Numbered from the stretch's first letter, positions 28,912-38,871 are shown. The stretch is DNA of 64,000 nt from a virus (IMGVR_UViG_3300030102_006903:32001-96000); one strand, 5' to 3'. Notes: a model not told the origin generated them from the sequence alone. Numbers and translations: made by a program.

Positions 28912-30546
28912 TTAAGGTTTATAAAAAACGAAGATTGGTTCAAATTTATACACTTTCCCGTCATGTTTGACCGAGTTCTTTATACCACTTTTAGATGGGT
29001 CTAACCCAACCATCCTTGTCATCAACATTTTTAACTTACCTTTATATTCACATCCTAACTCATTTAAGATATCAATTGAATCTTGTTCAAGTGGATAATA
29101 GATTGATTTACCTATCTTGATATCAGCAATATTCCATAAAATATACCTATCATTCTTTAGATACTCATAAATCGTTGTTAGAGTAGGTTTTAAGAAGTTA
29201 TCTCTCCAATCTTCATATTCACCATATGCTTTAAAAGATTGGTTCTCATCTTGAGAGTATTGTTCTCTGTTAAAATATGGAGGTGAAGTAAATGCAATAT
29301 CTAACTTACCTTTATATTTTTGAAATTTTGGATTATTTGAGATTACCTCAGAACCATCTTGAAATAATTCGTAAGTGTTTCCTTGTTTTTCAACATTAAA
29401 AAATGATGTAAGTTTATCTGAGAAATCATCTACACAATTATCATTATAAAACTTAGCAACATATTCGTAACGAGAAATACCTAATTCATCTAAGAAGTTA
29501 TCTGGATTAGGGTCTGTACCAACATAGTGAACTTTCTTACGAGAACTCATCGCACCGATGATTCTACCACCCCAACCACTTGATGAATCGTAAATATGTA
29601 ATGGTTCATCTGTATCGATGTGGTTAGTATAATTTTCGTAAATCCACTTTGCAGTTAGTGCAGGAAAGTTTACTGCAGGTTGTCCACAACTCAATCTAAA
29701 TACTTGTAATATCTTTGGGAAGATACCAACTGTCTTATCATACCATCTTATTAGGTATTTGTATTTAGTGACTGTTCCTGCCTCTGAAGTTGTTGAATCA
29801 ACTATTTCACCAAGATTTGATGTTTGAGTACTATTAAGATAACCAGTCGCAAGTAAACCATTTACTTCTTCTGAATTTAAATATAAGTTACCAAATCCAA
29901 CATATTGTTCATTGAATGTTCCATAGTTTTTAAGAGTAGATTCTTTTACTCTCGCTAAAACAATTCCTAAATCAGAATATTTTCCTTTAAACACTTTACC
30001 ATCATGAACATCTTTTATAAACTGAACCCCATCTTGTCCATTCCAAAAAGGATTCTCATCTTTTTTATCTACAAGTGAACGAGACCAAGAATACATAGAA
30101 TCTCTTTTAACTGCTCGTTTCATAATATTAACGAACTTATCTTCCATACTTGTATCGGAAAAATGGTCATAAATAGATAAACCATTATCAGCAGATTTAC
30201 CAACTGATATTTTTGTTTTTAACATTGTAGGAAAAAACTGATTTACAACTGATGCATCTTTATTAAAGTTTTGTATTACTCCTAAAGATTCTTCATCACC
30301 ACTTGTATCTTTTTTCCAATACTTTGCTGGATTAGATTTAAGTTTCTTGAATGATTTTATAATACCCTTTTCATTCTTACCAATAACTGGTGGAGTTCCT
30401 CTATCATCCCATTGTTCAGTAACCTCCTTACGAAGCAAACGAGCCCATTGAACGAACTCATCATCAGTCATTTCTAACAACTGATGATAAGTCGTATTGG
30501 ATTTAAACTCAGAAAATCTGCTTTTTTCGTAAAAGTGTTTACTCAT
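28912..30546 (-). CDS. Amino-methyltransferase-fold protein (DNA MTase-like)
   Basis: YDSSSGWGGR motif I, then FTSPPYF motif IV. Confidence 0.8.
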   Translation of the reverse strand: MSKHFYEKSRFSEFKSNTTYHQLLEMTDDEFVQWARLLRKEVTEQWDDRGTPPVIGKNEKGIIKSFKKLKSNPAKYWKKDTSGDEESLGVIQNFNKDASVVNQFFPTMLKTKISVGKSADNGLSIYDHFSDTSMEDKFVNIMKRAVKRDSMYSWSRSLVDKKDENPFWNGQDGVQFIKDVHDGKVFKGKYSDLGIVLARVKESTLKNYGTFNEQYVGFGNLYLNSEEVNGLLATGYLNSTQTSNLGEIVDSTTSEAGTVTKYKYLIRWYDKTVGIFPKILQVFRLSCGQPAVNFPALTAKWIYENYTNHIDTDEPLHIYDSSSGWGGRIIGAMSSRKKVHYVGTDPNPDNFLDELGISRYEYVAKFYNDNCVDDFSDKLTSFFNVEKQGNTYELFQDGSEVISNNPKFQKYKGKLDIAFTSPPYFNREQYSQDENQSFKAYGEYEDWRDNFLKPTLTTIYEYLKNDRYILWNIADIKIGKSIYYPLEQDSIDILNELGCEYKGKLKMLMTRMVGLDPSKSGIKNSVKHDGKVYKFEPIFVFYKP

Positions 30547-31265
30547 TATGATTGTATCTCCACTAAATAATAATTTGATTCATAGTTATCTACTTCGAAT
30601 GAAATATGTGCTAATCCTTGAGATGAAATCTTAAGAGTAGCATCTGTTGCTTCTTTATTTGCAACTAGGATTTCTTTTAAGAAGTTTGCTGAGAATGAGA
30701 TTGGTTCTACTTTATCTTTTGAACAAGTACAATCAACATCAATGTTAATTCTATTTGTATTGATATTAGAATATCCTAAGATAATTTGACCGTTTTCACC
30801 ATCTTTACAAGTAAATGTAAAGTTATTCTCATCTGCTAAAGCACCTTTTGCTTTGATGAATTTTGAAATAAAGTTTGAATCTAATTTAATTTCTGAATCA
30901 AACTCTGGTAATTGTTTTAAATCAGGTACATTAGGGATAACTGATAAATCAGCTAACATATAGTTTACTGATGTAGAACCATCTTTGAATTTCAAAGAAA
31001 CTGCTTTACCATCAATATCGTTGATTGAGAAATCAACATCATTTCCTAATACTGATAACATTTTTGTAAGTTTTGAAGTATCATATACACCAAAGGTTGC
31101 ATCTGATGAATCAAACTCTTTCATAGTAACACTACCCAAAACAGATTTATCATCTGAAATGAACGATGTTGTTAGAGAACCTTCTTTAGATTCCCACTTT
31201 ACAGATTCTACTAAACCTGCAAGATTGTACTTCGATACGAAGCGATTTAATGATTGTTTTTCCAT
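30546..31265 (-). CDS. Sliding clamp (gp45/PCNA-like)
   Basis: 239-aa acidic two-domain pattern, FGVYDTSKL, YYLVEI terminus; adjacent to polB. Confidence 0.75.
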   Translation of the reverse strand: MEKQSLNRFVSKYNLAGLVESVKWESKEGSLTTSFISDDKSVLGSVTMKEFDSSDATFGVYDTSKLTKMLSVLGNDVDFSINDIDGKAVSLKFKDGSTSVNYMLADLSVIPNVPDLKQLPEFDSEIKLDSNFISKFIKAKGALADENNFTFTCKDGENGQIILGYSNINTNRINIDVDCTCSKDKVEPISFSANFLKEILVANKEATDATLKISSQGLAHISFEVDNYESNYYLVEIQS

Positions 31266-31295
31266 GTTTTTATTAAATTATAATTTATAGTTGTA

Positions 31296-31327
31296 CAAAT
31301 ATACGAAAAATTTTTGATATATCCAAA
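31296..31327 (-). promoter_or_regulatory. Bacteroidota-type promoter
   Basis: TTTG-N20-TATATTTG. Confidence 0.8.
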
Positions 31328-33844
31328 TTAAAATGTAAAAAATTTCTCTGCTGTTCTTTGTTCACTTACAACATCACCCCAACCAATTGCATCATAAAAA
31401 TCTTGAAGTTTACCTTTTAACTCTCTTTCAAAAATTTTATTGTGGTCAATGTAAGTGTTAATGAATTCATTTATTTCTGATGGGTCTTTATAACCTGTAA
31501 ATGCCAAACCACTTAATCCAAGTGGATTATCTTTTAAATAAACCCATTTTACCTTATCACCATTTTTCATAGGTTCATATTTGAATGGTGCATCAAAATG
31601 TTTCAAACAATCGTTATATGCGATTGCAGCTTTTACATGAGCGGGTGTTCCTTTCATAAATTGAAACAAATTTCTTTTTCCTTTTGGTAAATACTTTTTA
31701 AGATTTTTAACTGCTGAATTCTTTGCAATTACTTTCATATCTTGATTTACCATAGATTTTTTAAAATCTAATACTTTATCTGATATTTCTTCTTCTGTTT
31801 GTCCTCGTAGAATTGATATAAGAACATCTGCCATGATTTCTTGAAATGCTTTTGGGAATGAACTTCTTTTAACATCCAAACCTTTTACATCTAATTTATC
31901 AACAGGTACTCCATTATCTGAAATAATCCATTGAGCATATCTTTTCTTGGCAATCCACAATCCAGCCTTTGCAACATATTCCTTTTTGATTTCTAATCTA
32001 TGTTTATCCTTATCAACATTAAAAATTCTTTTGGAAAGTATATTATAGAAATCATTAAGATAATCTTGCATCTCTTCTGCTATAACATTAACATACCCAG
32101 CGATAGTATCTTGTTCTTCATCTTTCCAATTAGGATATCTTTTATCCATCAGAGGAACTGCAGAAAAGAAAACTGAATCAGTATCAATATAAATGTTTGA
32201 ATCAGCATCTGGTGTATTTAATTCTTTGTTGTACTTAATATTCCCCATATCCGCAGTGGATTTAATCACAGTTTGACCTGTGGTTGTAACTGCCTCAGCA
32301 TTATCAACATCATAAAATCTAAATGCAGGTAAACCTAATACACCATACAATGAGTTTAATAAAATCTTTTGAACCAATTGTCTTTTATGATAAAACGCAT
32401 ATTTTTCTTTGTTACCTGCTTTACCATATTTTTTCATTGCATTTTTAAAATCTACTCTTTGATTAAACCAAAGGTTAAGAATATCTGGTATACAACCAAC
32501 TTTATCAGTTCTATACAATACACCATTTGATGATACTGAAAAATTAGATTGTTCTAAATATTTTTTTAGATTATCTCGTGAGATTGTATCTTCACCGATA
32601 AAGTAAGTATCTACCTCACCTTTAAGAAATTTATTTGCATCCCAATCTCTAATTTTACCAATCTTTGATTCTGGTGAAATATTCAAAGTCATAATGATTG
32701 ATGGATATAGAGAGGTTAAATCCAAATCATATACCCAATCGTATTTACCAACTATTGGTGATTTAACATATGCACCAATAAACTTCTCTTCATTGTTATC
32801 TCTAATTGCCTGCATCTTTTCCTGTCTATCTGCAGGTTTGTTTGGTGCAACTAAGTTTTTTCTTCTAAGGAATGAAAGTAATGCACCTTCAAGATATTTT
32901 GATGAATAAACAAAATCTTCATAAGGAACATGTCCTGCATGAGTAATACCTCTACATAAATCAATAAACTGAAGTTTCTTATCAAATTCAACTACCAACT
33001 CAACATCTACTAAGTTATACTCAATAAACTTTTCAATATCTTCTTTAAATAATTGGTCAAGATTTCCTTGATATTCAATCTTACCTCTACCTAATTCAAT
33101 TTGTCCAATGGTATCTAATCGATAATTTGGTAGTTCATTGTAATTAAATTTTTTGTATAATGTTATGTAATCTAAATAAGATACACCTGCCATGAAATAT
33201 CTTTTACGATATGGTGAATAGAAACATTGTCCAATTGGTGATAATCTATTCGCTTGTCTCTGTCCCAATAATCTTTTGATTCTATTGTATAACATTGGTG
33301 TATCGAAATAATCAATATTCCAACCTGTAACGATAGATGGATTAATGTATTCATATAATTCCAAATATTTCATCAACATATCTCTTTCATCTGCAAAAGG
33401 GATTACAATACATTTATCAGTAGTTTTTTCTTCAAGAATACCTTCGTTATCCATAACCAATACCCAATATTGATTTGTAGCGGAATCATGTAGTGCAATA
33501 GAAGTAATAGCATTCTTTGCTTCTTGTGGGTCTGGTGTTCCACTTTCCATTTCACACTCAATATCGTAAGTAAGAATAACATGACCAGTTGATGGTTCAT
33601 CTGAATCTGAGTATAAATCTACTAATGCTCTTGTAGTTTCTGGTACATCTGATTCAAATAAGTTTGCATCATCTTTACTGAATTTATAAATTTTTGTTAA
33701 TTTATCTCCATAAATAGAAGTATATTCACCTCTTTTAGCAGGTTCATATGCATATCTAGTATAAGGAAAAGAACGATATCCTTGTTTATCATCCCAAAGA
33801 TGAATTAGATTTTTTTCACGCTGATAATAAATGTTTTGATACAT
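31328..33844 (-). CDS. Family B DNA polymerase (gp43-like)
   Basis: Exo YDIE, GWNIDYFD, YNLVD; pol DLTSLYPS, KILLNSLYG, YIDTDS, KKRY; C-terminal clamp-binding-like AEKFFTF. Confidence 0.96.
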   Translation of the reverse strand: MYQNIYYQREKNLIHLWDDKQGYRSFPYTRYAYEPAKRGEYTSIYGDKLTKIYKFSKDDANLFESDVPETTRALVDLYSDSDEPSTGHVILTYDIECEMESGTPDPQEAKNAITSIALHDSATNQYWVLVMDNEGILEEKTTDKCIVIPFADERDMLMKYLELYEYINPSIVTGWNIDYFDTPMLYNRIKRLLGQRQANRLSPIGQCFYSPYRKRYFMAGVSYLDYITLYKKFNYNELPNYRLDTIGQIELGRGKIEYQGNLDQLFKEDIEKFIEYNLVDVELVVEFDKKLQFIDLCRGITHAGHVPYEDFVYSSKYLEGALLSFLRRKNLVAPNKPADRQEKMQAIRDNNEEKFIGAYVKSPIVGKYDWVYDLDLTSLYPSIIMTLNISPESKIGKIRDWDANKFLKGEVDTYFIGEDTISRDNLKKYLEQSNFSVSSNGVLYRTDKVGCIPDILNLWFNQRVDFKNAMKKYGKAGNKEKYAFYHKRQLVQKILLNSLYGVLGLPAFRFYDVDNAEAVTTTGQTVIKSTADMGNIKYNKELNTPDADSNIYIDTDSVFFSAVPLMDKRYPNWKDEEQDTIAGYVNVIAEEMQDYLNDFYNILSKRIFNVDKDKHRLEIKKEYVAKAGLWIAKKRYAQWIISDNGVPVDKLDVKGLDVKRSSFPKAFQEIMADVLISILRGQTEEEISDKVLDFKKSMVNQDMKVIAKNSAVKNLKKYLPKGKRNLFQFMKGTPAHVKAAIAYNDCLKHFDAPFKYEPMKNGDKVKWVYLKDNPLGLSGLAFTGYKDPSEINEFINTYIDHNKIFERELKGKLQDFYDAIGWGDVVSEQRTAEKFFTF

Positions 33845-33849
33845 AAGTA

Positions 33850-33881
33850 CAAATATACGAATTATTTTTCAAATATCCAAA
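33850..33881 (-). promoter_or_regulatory. Bacteroidota-type promoter of polB (probably leaderless)
   Basis: TTTG-N20-TATATTTG; ATG 5 nt downstream. Confidence 0.8.
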
Positions 33882-35112
33882 TAGGTTCACAAAAAGTTTT
33901 ATCTTGATTCTCTTCTGTATTCTTAAGAGTTTCTTCTTTGTATTGATTTTGGTTATGTTCGGTTTGTTTAACAGTTCCTGCTCCTCCACTATTAGGTCTT
34001 TTAGCAAGTTCCATACCTATACAACCTTTATATGTTAATCCTTTTGATTCTAAGAATTCACACATCGGTTGTGTAATTTCTTTCCAATCTTTTCCACCTC
34101 CACCTTTTTCTGAAGTGTAAACATCTGCAATATTAATTGCCATCTTACCACCTTTTTTCATAGTTGGTATAATTTTTTCTAATGCTTTATGAAGAAAATA
34201 TTCATTCCATGCTTGAATAGATTGATATCTAATCCAACTTTGAGTTTCATCATCTCCATATCTTTCTACATTAAAGTAAGGTGGTGAAGTGAAAACCAAA
34301 TCAAAATAATCATGATATTCTGAATAATCAAAATCTTCTGCAGGTGATTGATGTAAATCTACCTTTGTTGGGTTCTCAAAGAAAGAAGTATGTTTTTGAT
34401 AAAATTCAGCTTGTTGTTTGTATATTGGATGATTTTCTTTTCTTGGGTCGATTCCAACATAATGATTTACTGTTGAACTAGCACAGGCACCAGATAAACG
34501 GTCTCCCCAGCCAGCAGAAAAATCTAACATTTTTTCACTTCCAAAATATTCTGTTAAACATTTAGTGACATTTGGTTTATGTTGAGATGCTATATATTTA
34601 CGAAGTGAAATCATTAACCTTAATTCCTTCTTTCCAATTTTATCTAATTTTAAACTATATGCTGCACCCATCAAAGTAACCATAAATGCTCTTGTTCTCC
34701 ATGTCCTTGCTGGACCTGGATATCCACTTGAACAGATTGACCATCTGTTTTTTTCTTGCCACCAATTACTAGAGAGGTTACCTACATTATATCTTTTAAA
34801 GAAAAGAGGTTTACCTTCATATGTCAAAGAATATTTAGATTCTCGTGATTGTCTTTGAAACCATTCTTTTCCTTCAATTAATAATTCATTCCAGCGTATT
34901 CCTTTTAATTTAAAGTAATCATCTCTACAATTTTTTTCTGAATATTTTTCTGTCTGATATGGTAGAGGATATGTCATACACAAATCTGCAAGTTTTTCTT
35001 TAACCTCATCCTTCGTGTACATATCTTTTATATTTTGCCACTCTTCCTCATTTATCTCTAAATAAGGTTTCATATCATAAAATTTTTCAAAGTAATCTTC
35101 TCCGCCGTGCAT
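33862..35112 (-). CDS. Amino-methyltransferase-fold protein (DNA MTase-like), last gene of the putative modification operon
   Basis: LDFSAGWGDR motif I, FTSPPYF motif IV. Confidence 0.8.
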   Translation of the reverse strand: MHGGEDYFEKFYDMKPYLEINEEEWQNIKDMYTKDEVKEKLADLCMTYPLPYQTEKYSEKNCRDDYFKLKGIRWNELLIEGKEWFQRQSRESKYSLTYEGKPLFFKRYNVGNLSSNWWQEKNRWSICSSGYPGPARTWRTRAFMVTLMGAAYSLKLDKIGKKELRLMISLRKYIASQHKPNVTKCLTEYFGSEKMLDFSAGWGDRLSGACASSTVNHYVGIDPRKENHPIYKQQAEFYQKHTSFFENPTKVDLHQSPAEDFDYSEYHDYFDLVFTSPPYFNVERYGDDETQSWIRYQSIQAWNEYFLHKALEKIIPTMKKGGKMAINIADVYTSEKGGGGKDWKEITQPMCEFLESKGLTYKGCIGMELAKRPNSGGAGTVKQTEHNQNQYKEETLKNTEENQDKTFCEPIWIFEK

Positions 35113-35957
35113 TATTTTAAGTTTAATGATTTTCTATATGAACCACCAATATTCCAAAATAGAATCTTACCATCTAAGTTCTGAATATTATTTTCTAACC
35201 ACCACCACATTTTTCTTTCCCAAAACTCATTCATATCAAATGGATATTCGGTAACACCATCCATAAAATCATCGAATGCGTATTCTGATTTATAAATGTT
35301 AATATTATTTAAATCACCTGCCTTATTTTGATTTAAAATCTTTTTAGTAGATTCTATTGCTGACATTGTTACTGTGTGTACTTTTCTTCTATTGTTAAGT
35401 AAATCTTTCCAATCTTTATATTGAAGAAATTCTCTAATCAAACCAGATGCTGTTACACCACTTCCAATCGATACAACGAGATGGTCAAAATCTTGTTCTT
35501 CCAAAACTTCTTTCATTCTATCTTGCATGTAAGAAACATACGAAGGATGATTGAAAGCATACGGTAATTGTTGCCAACCTTCCTTTTTTGCGATACCACC
35601 AAGTTTATTCTCAAGTAATTTCATCATATTTGGTTTCAATGGATTTAGTGTTGCACCATTTCCTTTAATGATTTCTAATATTTCTGGTGGATATGATTTT
35701 GAATTAGGGTAAGATGATATAAACTCAATACCATATTCCTTACACATCTTTGACAATGTCCAACCAGTCCAACTTCCATATACTGAAAGATGGGTTAGTG
35801 GTTTTGATTTATCAATGTAATCAGATTCTATAATCTTTCTAATACCTTCAATCTTAGCCCATCGTGGATAGTTTACACCATCCCCAACTAAATCATCTCT
35901 TTTGACATGAACTACTTTACCTTTTAATTTATATTCTTCGATTGGTGTTTGTATCAT
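35112..35957 (-). CDS. Fold-type II PLP enzyme (D-cysteine desulfhydrase/ACC deaminase-like)
   Basis: VKRDDL...AK (PLP lysine), SIGSGVT phosphate loop, FWNIGG. Confidence 0.8.
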   Translation of the reverse strand: MIQTPIEEYKLKGKVVHVKRDDLVGDGVNYPRWAKIEGIRKIIESDYIDKSKPLTHLSVYGSWTGWTLSKMCKEYGIEFISSYPNSKSYPPEILEIIKGNGATLNPLKPNMMKLLENKLGGIAKKEGWQQLPYAFNHPSYVSYMQDRMKEVLEEQDFDHLVVSIGSGVTASGLIREFLQYKDWKDLLNNRRKVHTVTMSAIESTKKILNQNKAGDLNNINIYKSEYAFDDFMDGVTEYPFDMNEFWERKMWWWLENNIQNLDGKILFWNIGGSYRKSLNLK

Positions 35958-37459
35958 ATAAATTTGTATATTCCAACATTGTTATTCTTAACTCTTTCTC
36001 TTAATTTCTTATGTGAAAATCCATGTATCTTTTCAAAGTTATCACAAATAACATGAAACAATTTTTTTCTGTTTTTAAAGTTTATATTTGAATCTTCTAA
36101 AATAATAGTTTCTATGTACTCTTTAAAATTTGTACCTTTTTGAAAAGCCCTTTTTTCTTGGTCTAATATTTCATCAGGTAATTTACCTCTAAATGCATCT
36201 GCAAGTGGTCTTTTCCATTGTCCTTTATCTGATAAAAATTCATCTTGTAAATTTGTTGTATAATTTAAAAACTCTGTATCAAAGAATGGACATCTAAGTT
36301 CGATAGTTCCATAATTCATAAAAATTGTATTACCTCTTAACAAATTACCATAATGTTGTTTCTCAAATAAATTCTTTCTAACATCACTCCAATCTGGCTT
36401 TTTACTAAACATTCTAAATGTACCATATGAACCATACGATTCATCAGAACCCTCACCACTAAATGCAACTTTGATTCCATCCTTTACCATCTCTTCTGCA
36501 ATAAACGATTGTAATATACCAACTTCCATTTGAACTGTTGATGGGTATTCTATTACACTTATAGAATCAATGAATCTTTGTTTGATTATCTTTTCATCTC
36601 TTGGTACAAATACCTCAATAAGTTCAACTCCAATTGAATCTGCACAAACTCTTGCTTTTTGTAAATCTTTTGAATCTTGGTCAAAAGCAATTGTATATGC
36701 TTTGATATCTGGTATTCTTTGTGCAAGTAAATATGTAATGATTGCTGAATCTATTCCACCACTTAATGAAGTTGCAATAGGTACATCAGATAATAATCTT
36801 TTATCAACTGCATTTTCTAATAGTTTAAATGTAGTTTTACCAACCTCTTCATGTGATTTTGGTTTAGTTACCTCATCTGAAAATTGGAAATAAAAGTTTT
36901 CGTGTATTTTAAAATCATCTGTATCTAAATCGATTTCTATAAGAGTATTTTTAGGTACAATTTGAATATCATTTATTCCTTCTTGAGTTAAAATTGATTT
37001 TATCTCAGATGCAATGATATATTGATTGGTATTATGGATGTAGAGGGGTATTTTACCCACCCAGTCACGAGATAATATGATTTTGTTCGTATCATATATA
37101 ACAAAAGAAAACATCCCATCTAACCTCTCTAATTCGTTTTCTTTGTAAAGATATAAAATTATCTCTGAATCTGAATTAGATTTGAATTTATATCCTCTCT
37201 GTTCGTATTCTTTACGCAATTGTGGATAATTCCAAATCTCACCATTTACAATTAAATGAGTATCTTCAAATTCCATCGGTTGATTACCTAATGGAGATAT
37301 ATCATTTATTGATAAACGATTATGACCAAGATGAATTGTTTTATCTTTGTATAAAAATTCTTTTATACCACGATTATCTTTTCCACGATGAGAAATCTCT
37401 TCTAACATCGTATCTACATCACTATGTTTATAACCAATCGTTGCTACGATTCCACACAT
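35954..37459 (-). CDS. asnB: Asparagine synthetase B-like glutamine amidotransferase
   Basis: N-terminal MCGI, HRG, RLSI, NGEIWN, LSGGIDS, SGEGSDE. Confidence 0.92.
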   Translation of the reverse strand: MCGIVATIGYKHSDVDTMLEEISHRGKDNRGIKEFLYKDKTIHLGHNRLSINDISPLGNQPMEFEDTHLIVNGEIWNYPQLRKEYEQRGYKFKSNSDSEIILYLYKENELERLDGMFSFVIYDTNKIILSRDWVGKIPLYIHNTNQYIIASEIKSILTQEGINDIQIVPKNTLIEIDLDTDDFKIHENFYFQFSDEVTKPKSHEEVGKTTFKLLENAVDKRLLSDVPIATSLSGGIDSAIITYLLAQRIPDIKAYTIAFDQDSKDLQKARVCADSIGVELIEVFVPRDEKIIKQRFIDSISVIEYPSTVQMEVGILQSFIAEEMVKDGIKVAFSGEGSDESYGSYGTFRMFSKKPDWSDVRKNLFEKQHYGNLLRGNTIFMNYGTIELRCPFFDTEFLNYTTNLQDEFLSDKGQWKRPLADAFRGKLPDEILDQEKRAFQKGTNFKEYIETIILEDSNINFKNRKKLFHVICDNFEKIHGFSHKKLRERVKNNNVGIYKFI

Positions 37460-37460
37460 A

Positions 37461-38159
37461 CTATCTGTTTAATACTTCTAATAACTTTATTGTTTTCTTT
37501 TTTTCATTATCCATATCACCGATATGACATGAACATGCAAGTGTAGTTACTTTTTCTAATTCTAATCCACTTTGTTCAGCAAGGAAATGTCCCATCTCTG
37601 TTAACGCTGTATAATCTGCGTAACCACTTTTAGATACTCTATTTGAACGAAGAATTGATGTAAGGTATAGTTTACCATTTCTTGGTTTTAAATCAATCAT
37701 ACACATACAAGGTTGTGAATAAGGATTCCTTGCATCTTTAGTGGGGTCAAAGATAATTAGTTCACATCTTTTTACTGCTTTTCCACTACTTAAAATTTTA
37801 ATTACATTCTCAACCTGATTGAATTCACCTTTCCAAGATACCATTCTACCCCAATAAGATTGATGATAATGTTCTTTTATAAATTTATAATCCAAACCTT
37901 GTTCTGTTTCAAAAAATGGATTATCAGATTTCTTTTCTTCTGGTTTTAAAAATGTAACTGTCTTTGCAAAATCAATTCTATCATCACCCATTACCTCTCT
38001 AAAATATCCATCGAACCAATCATCTGATTTAAATTCTGTAATTTCAGTTACAACATTTAATTCTTCTGTAAGATTTCCCACTCTCACACCATTTTCCAAT
38101 AAATGTTTTGATACTTTCACCCATGCATCGCCAGGAGAAGTTGCTTCAATAATAGTCAT
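37461..38159 (-). CDS. Divergent thymidylate synthase/dCMP hydroxymethylase-fold protein
   Basis: SYWGRM, QPC catalytic Cys, KLYLTSILRSNR, GYAD, SCHIG. Confidence 0.75.
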   Translation of the reverse strand: MTIIEATSPGDAWVKVSKHLLENGVRVGNLTEELNVVTEITEFKSDDWFDGYFREVMGDDRIDFAKTVTFLKPEEKKSDNPFFETEQGLDYKFIKEHYHQSYWGRMVSWKGEFNQVENVIKILSSGKAVKRCELIIFDPTKDARNPYSQPCMCMIDLKPRNGKLYLTSILRSNRVSKSGYADYTALTEMGHFLAEQSGLELEKVTTLACSCHIGDMDNEKKKTIKLLEVLNR

Positions 38160-38160
38160 A

Positions 38161-38376
38161 TTATATTCTATTAATTGGTATTGTTATTAAATGATAATCT
38201 GAAAATTGTGGGTGTTGTTGTGTAAAATCAATTTTATCATTTAATTTTTTTTGGTATGCATAATGTGTTTCAATAAAATACATAACCTCAGTTCCATCGA
38301 TACTTTTAAGTTTTTTACTTTTGTTGATAGGAACTTGTGGAGTTCCTTTAATTTTAGTTGGTTTTTTTTCGTCCAT
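38161..38376 (-). CDS. Hypothetical protein, first gene of the putative modification operon
   Basis: 71-aa ORF between the promoter and the TS-like gene. Confidence 0.55.
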   Translation of the reverse strand: MDEKKPTKIKGTPQVPINKSKKLKSIDGTEVMYFIETHYAYQKKLNDKIDFTQQHPQFSDYHLITIPINRI

Positions 38377-38395
38377 AGAATTTATTTAAGTTATA

Positions 38396-38427
38396 CAAAG
38401 ATAAGAAAAAAATTTTAATTTTACAAA
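38396..38427 (-). promoter_or_regulatory. Bacteroidota-type promoter of the TS-like/AsnB/PLP/MTase operon
   Basis: TTTG-N20-TATCTTTG. Confidence 0.72.
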
Positions 38428-38609
38428 TGTTTCCAAGTTTTTCTTTTGCCAATTTCTTCCACATTCCAAGGACTTATGTTAAAATTCCTTGCAATTATGT
38501 TTGAACTAAACCCCTTTTCGTACAAATCTCGTATCTGATATACTTGATTATTATTTAGTTTAGCTCTAGGATGTGATTCTCCTCTTAATATTTTACGAGT
38601 TGATTTCAT
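38421..38609 (-). CDS. Stand-alone HTH domain of the kind found at the C-terminus of HNH homing endonucleases
   Basis: RGESHPRAKL....V..IR...IARNFNIS...I..RKTWKHL. Confidence 0.65.
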   Translation of the reverse strand: MKSTRKILRGESHPRAKLNNNQVYQIRDLYEKGFSSNIIARNFNISPWNVEEIGKRKTWKHL

Positions 38610-38856
38610 TTAAAGCATTTGTATAGGCAAGTTCTGATTGTAATCCTGCGAATCTCTGAAGTTCTTCTCCATCTTTCTCAATAATTACAGTAGGGACTGA
38701 CCTTACATAATACTTTTGTGCAACTTCGAACTGAGAATCGATATCGATATCCTCAAAATTAATTGTTGTGAACTTTGTTTTTACTTGTTCCATAATCGGT
38801 GTTAGCATTTTACATGGGCCACACCATTCTGCGTAAAATTTTTTAACTGTTATCAT
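38593..38856 (-). CDS. trxA: Thioredoxin
   Basis: WCGPC, VRSVPT; downstream of nrdA. Confidence 0.9.
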   Translation of the reverse strand: MITVKKFYAEWCGPCKMLTPIMEQVKTKFTTINFEDIDIDSQFEVAQKYYVRSVPTVIIEKDGEELQRFAGLQSELAYTNALNEINS

Positions 38857-38871
38857 TTTTTTCTCCTATTT

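Noticed and set aside
37461-38159. Canonical thyA
   Set aside because: The dUMP-specifying Asn and folate-contacting Asp appear substituted, so no gene symbol was assigned
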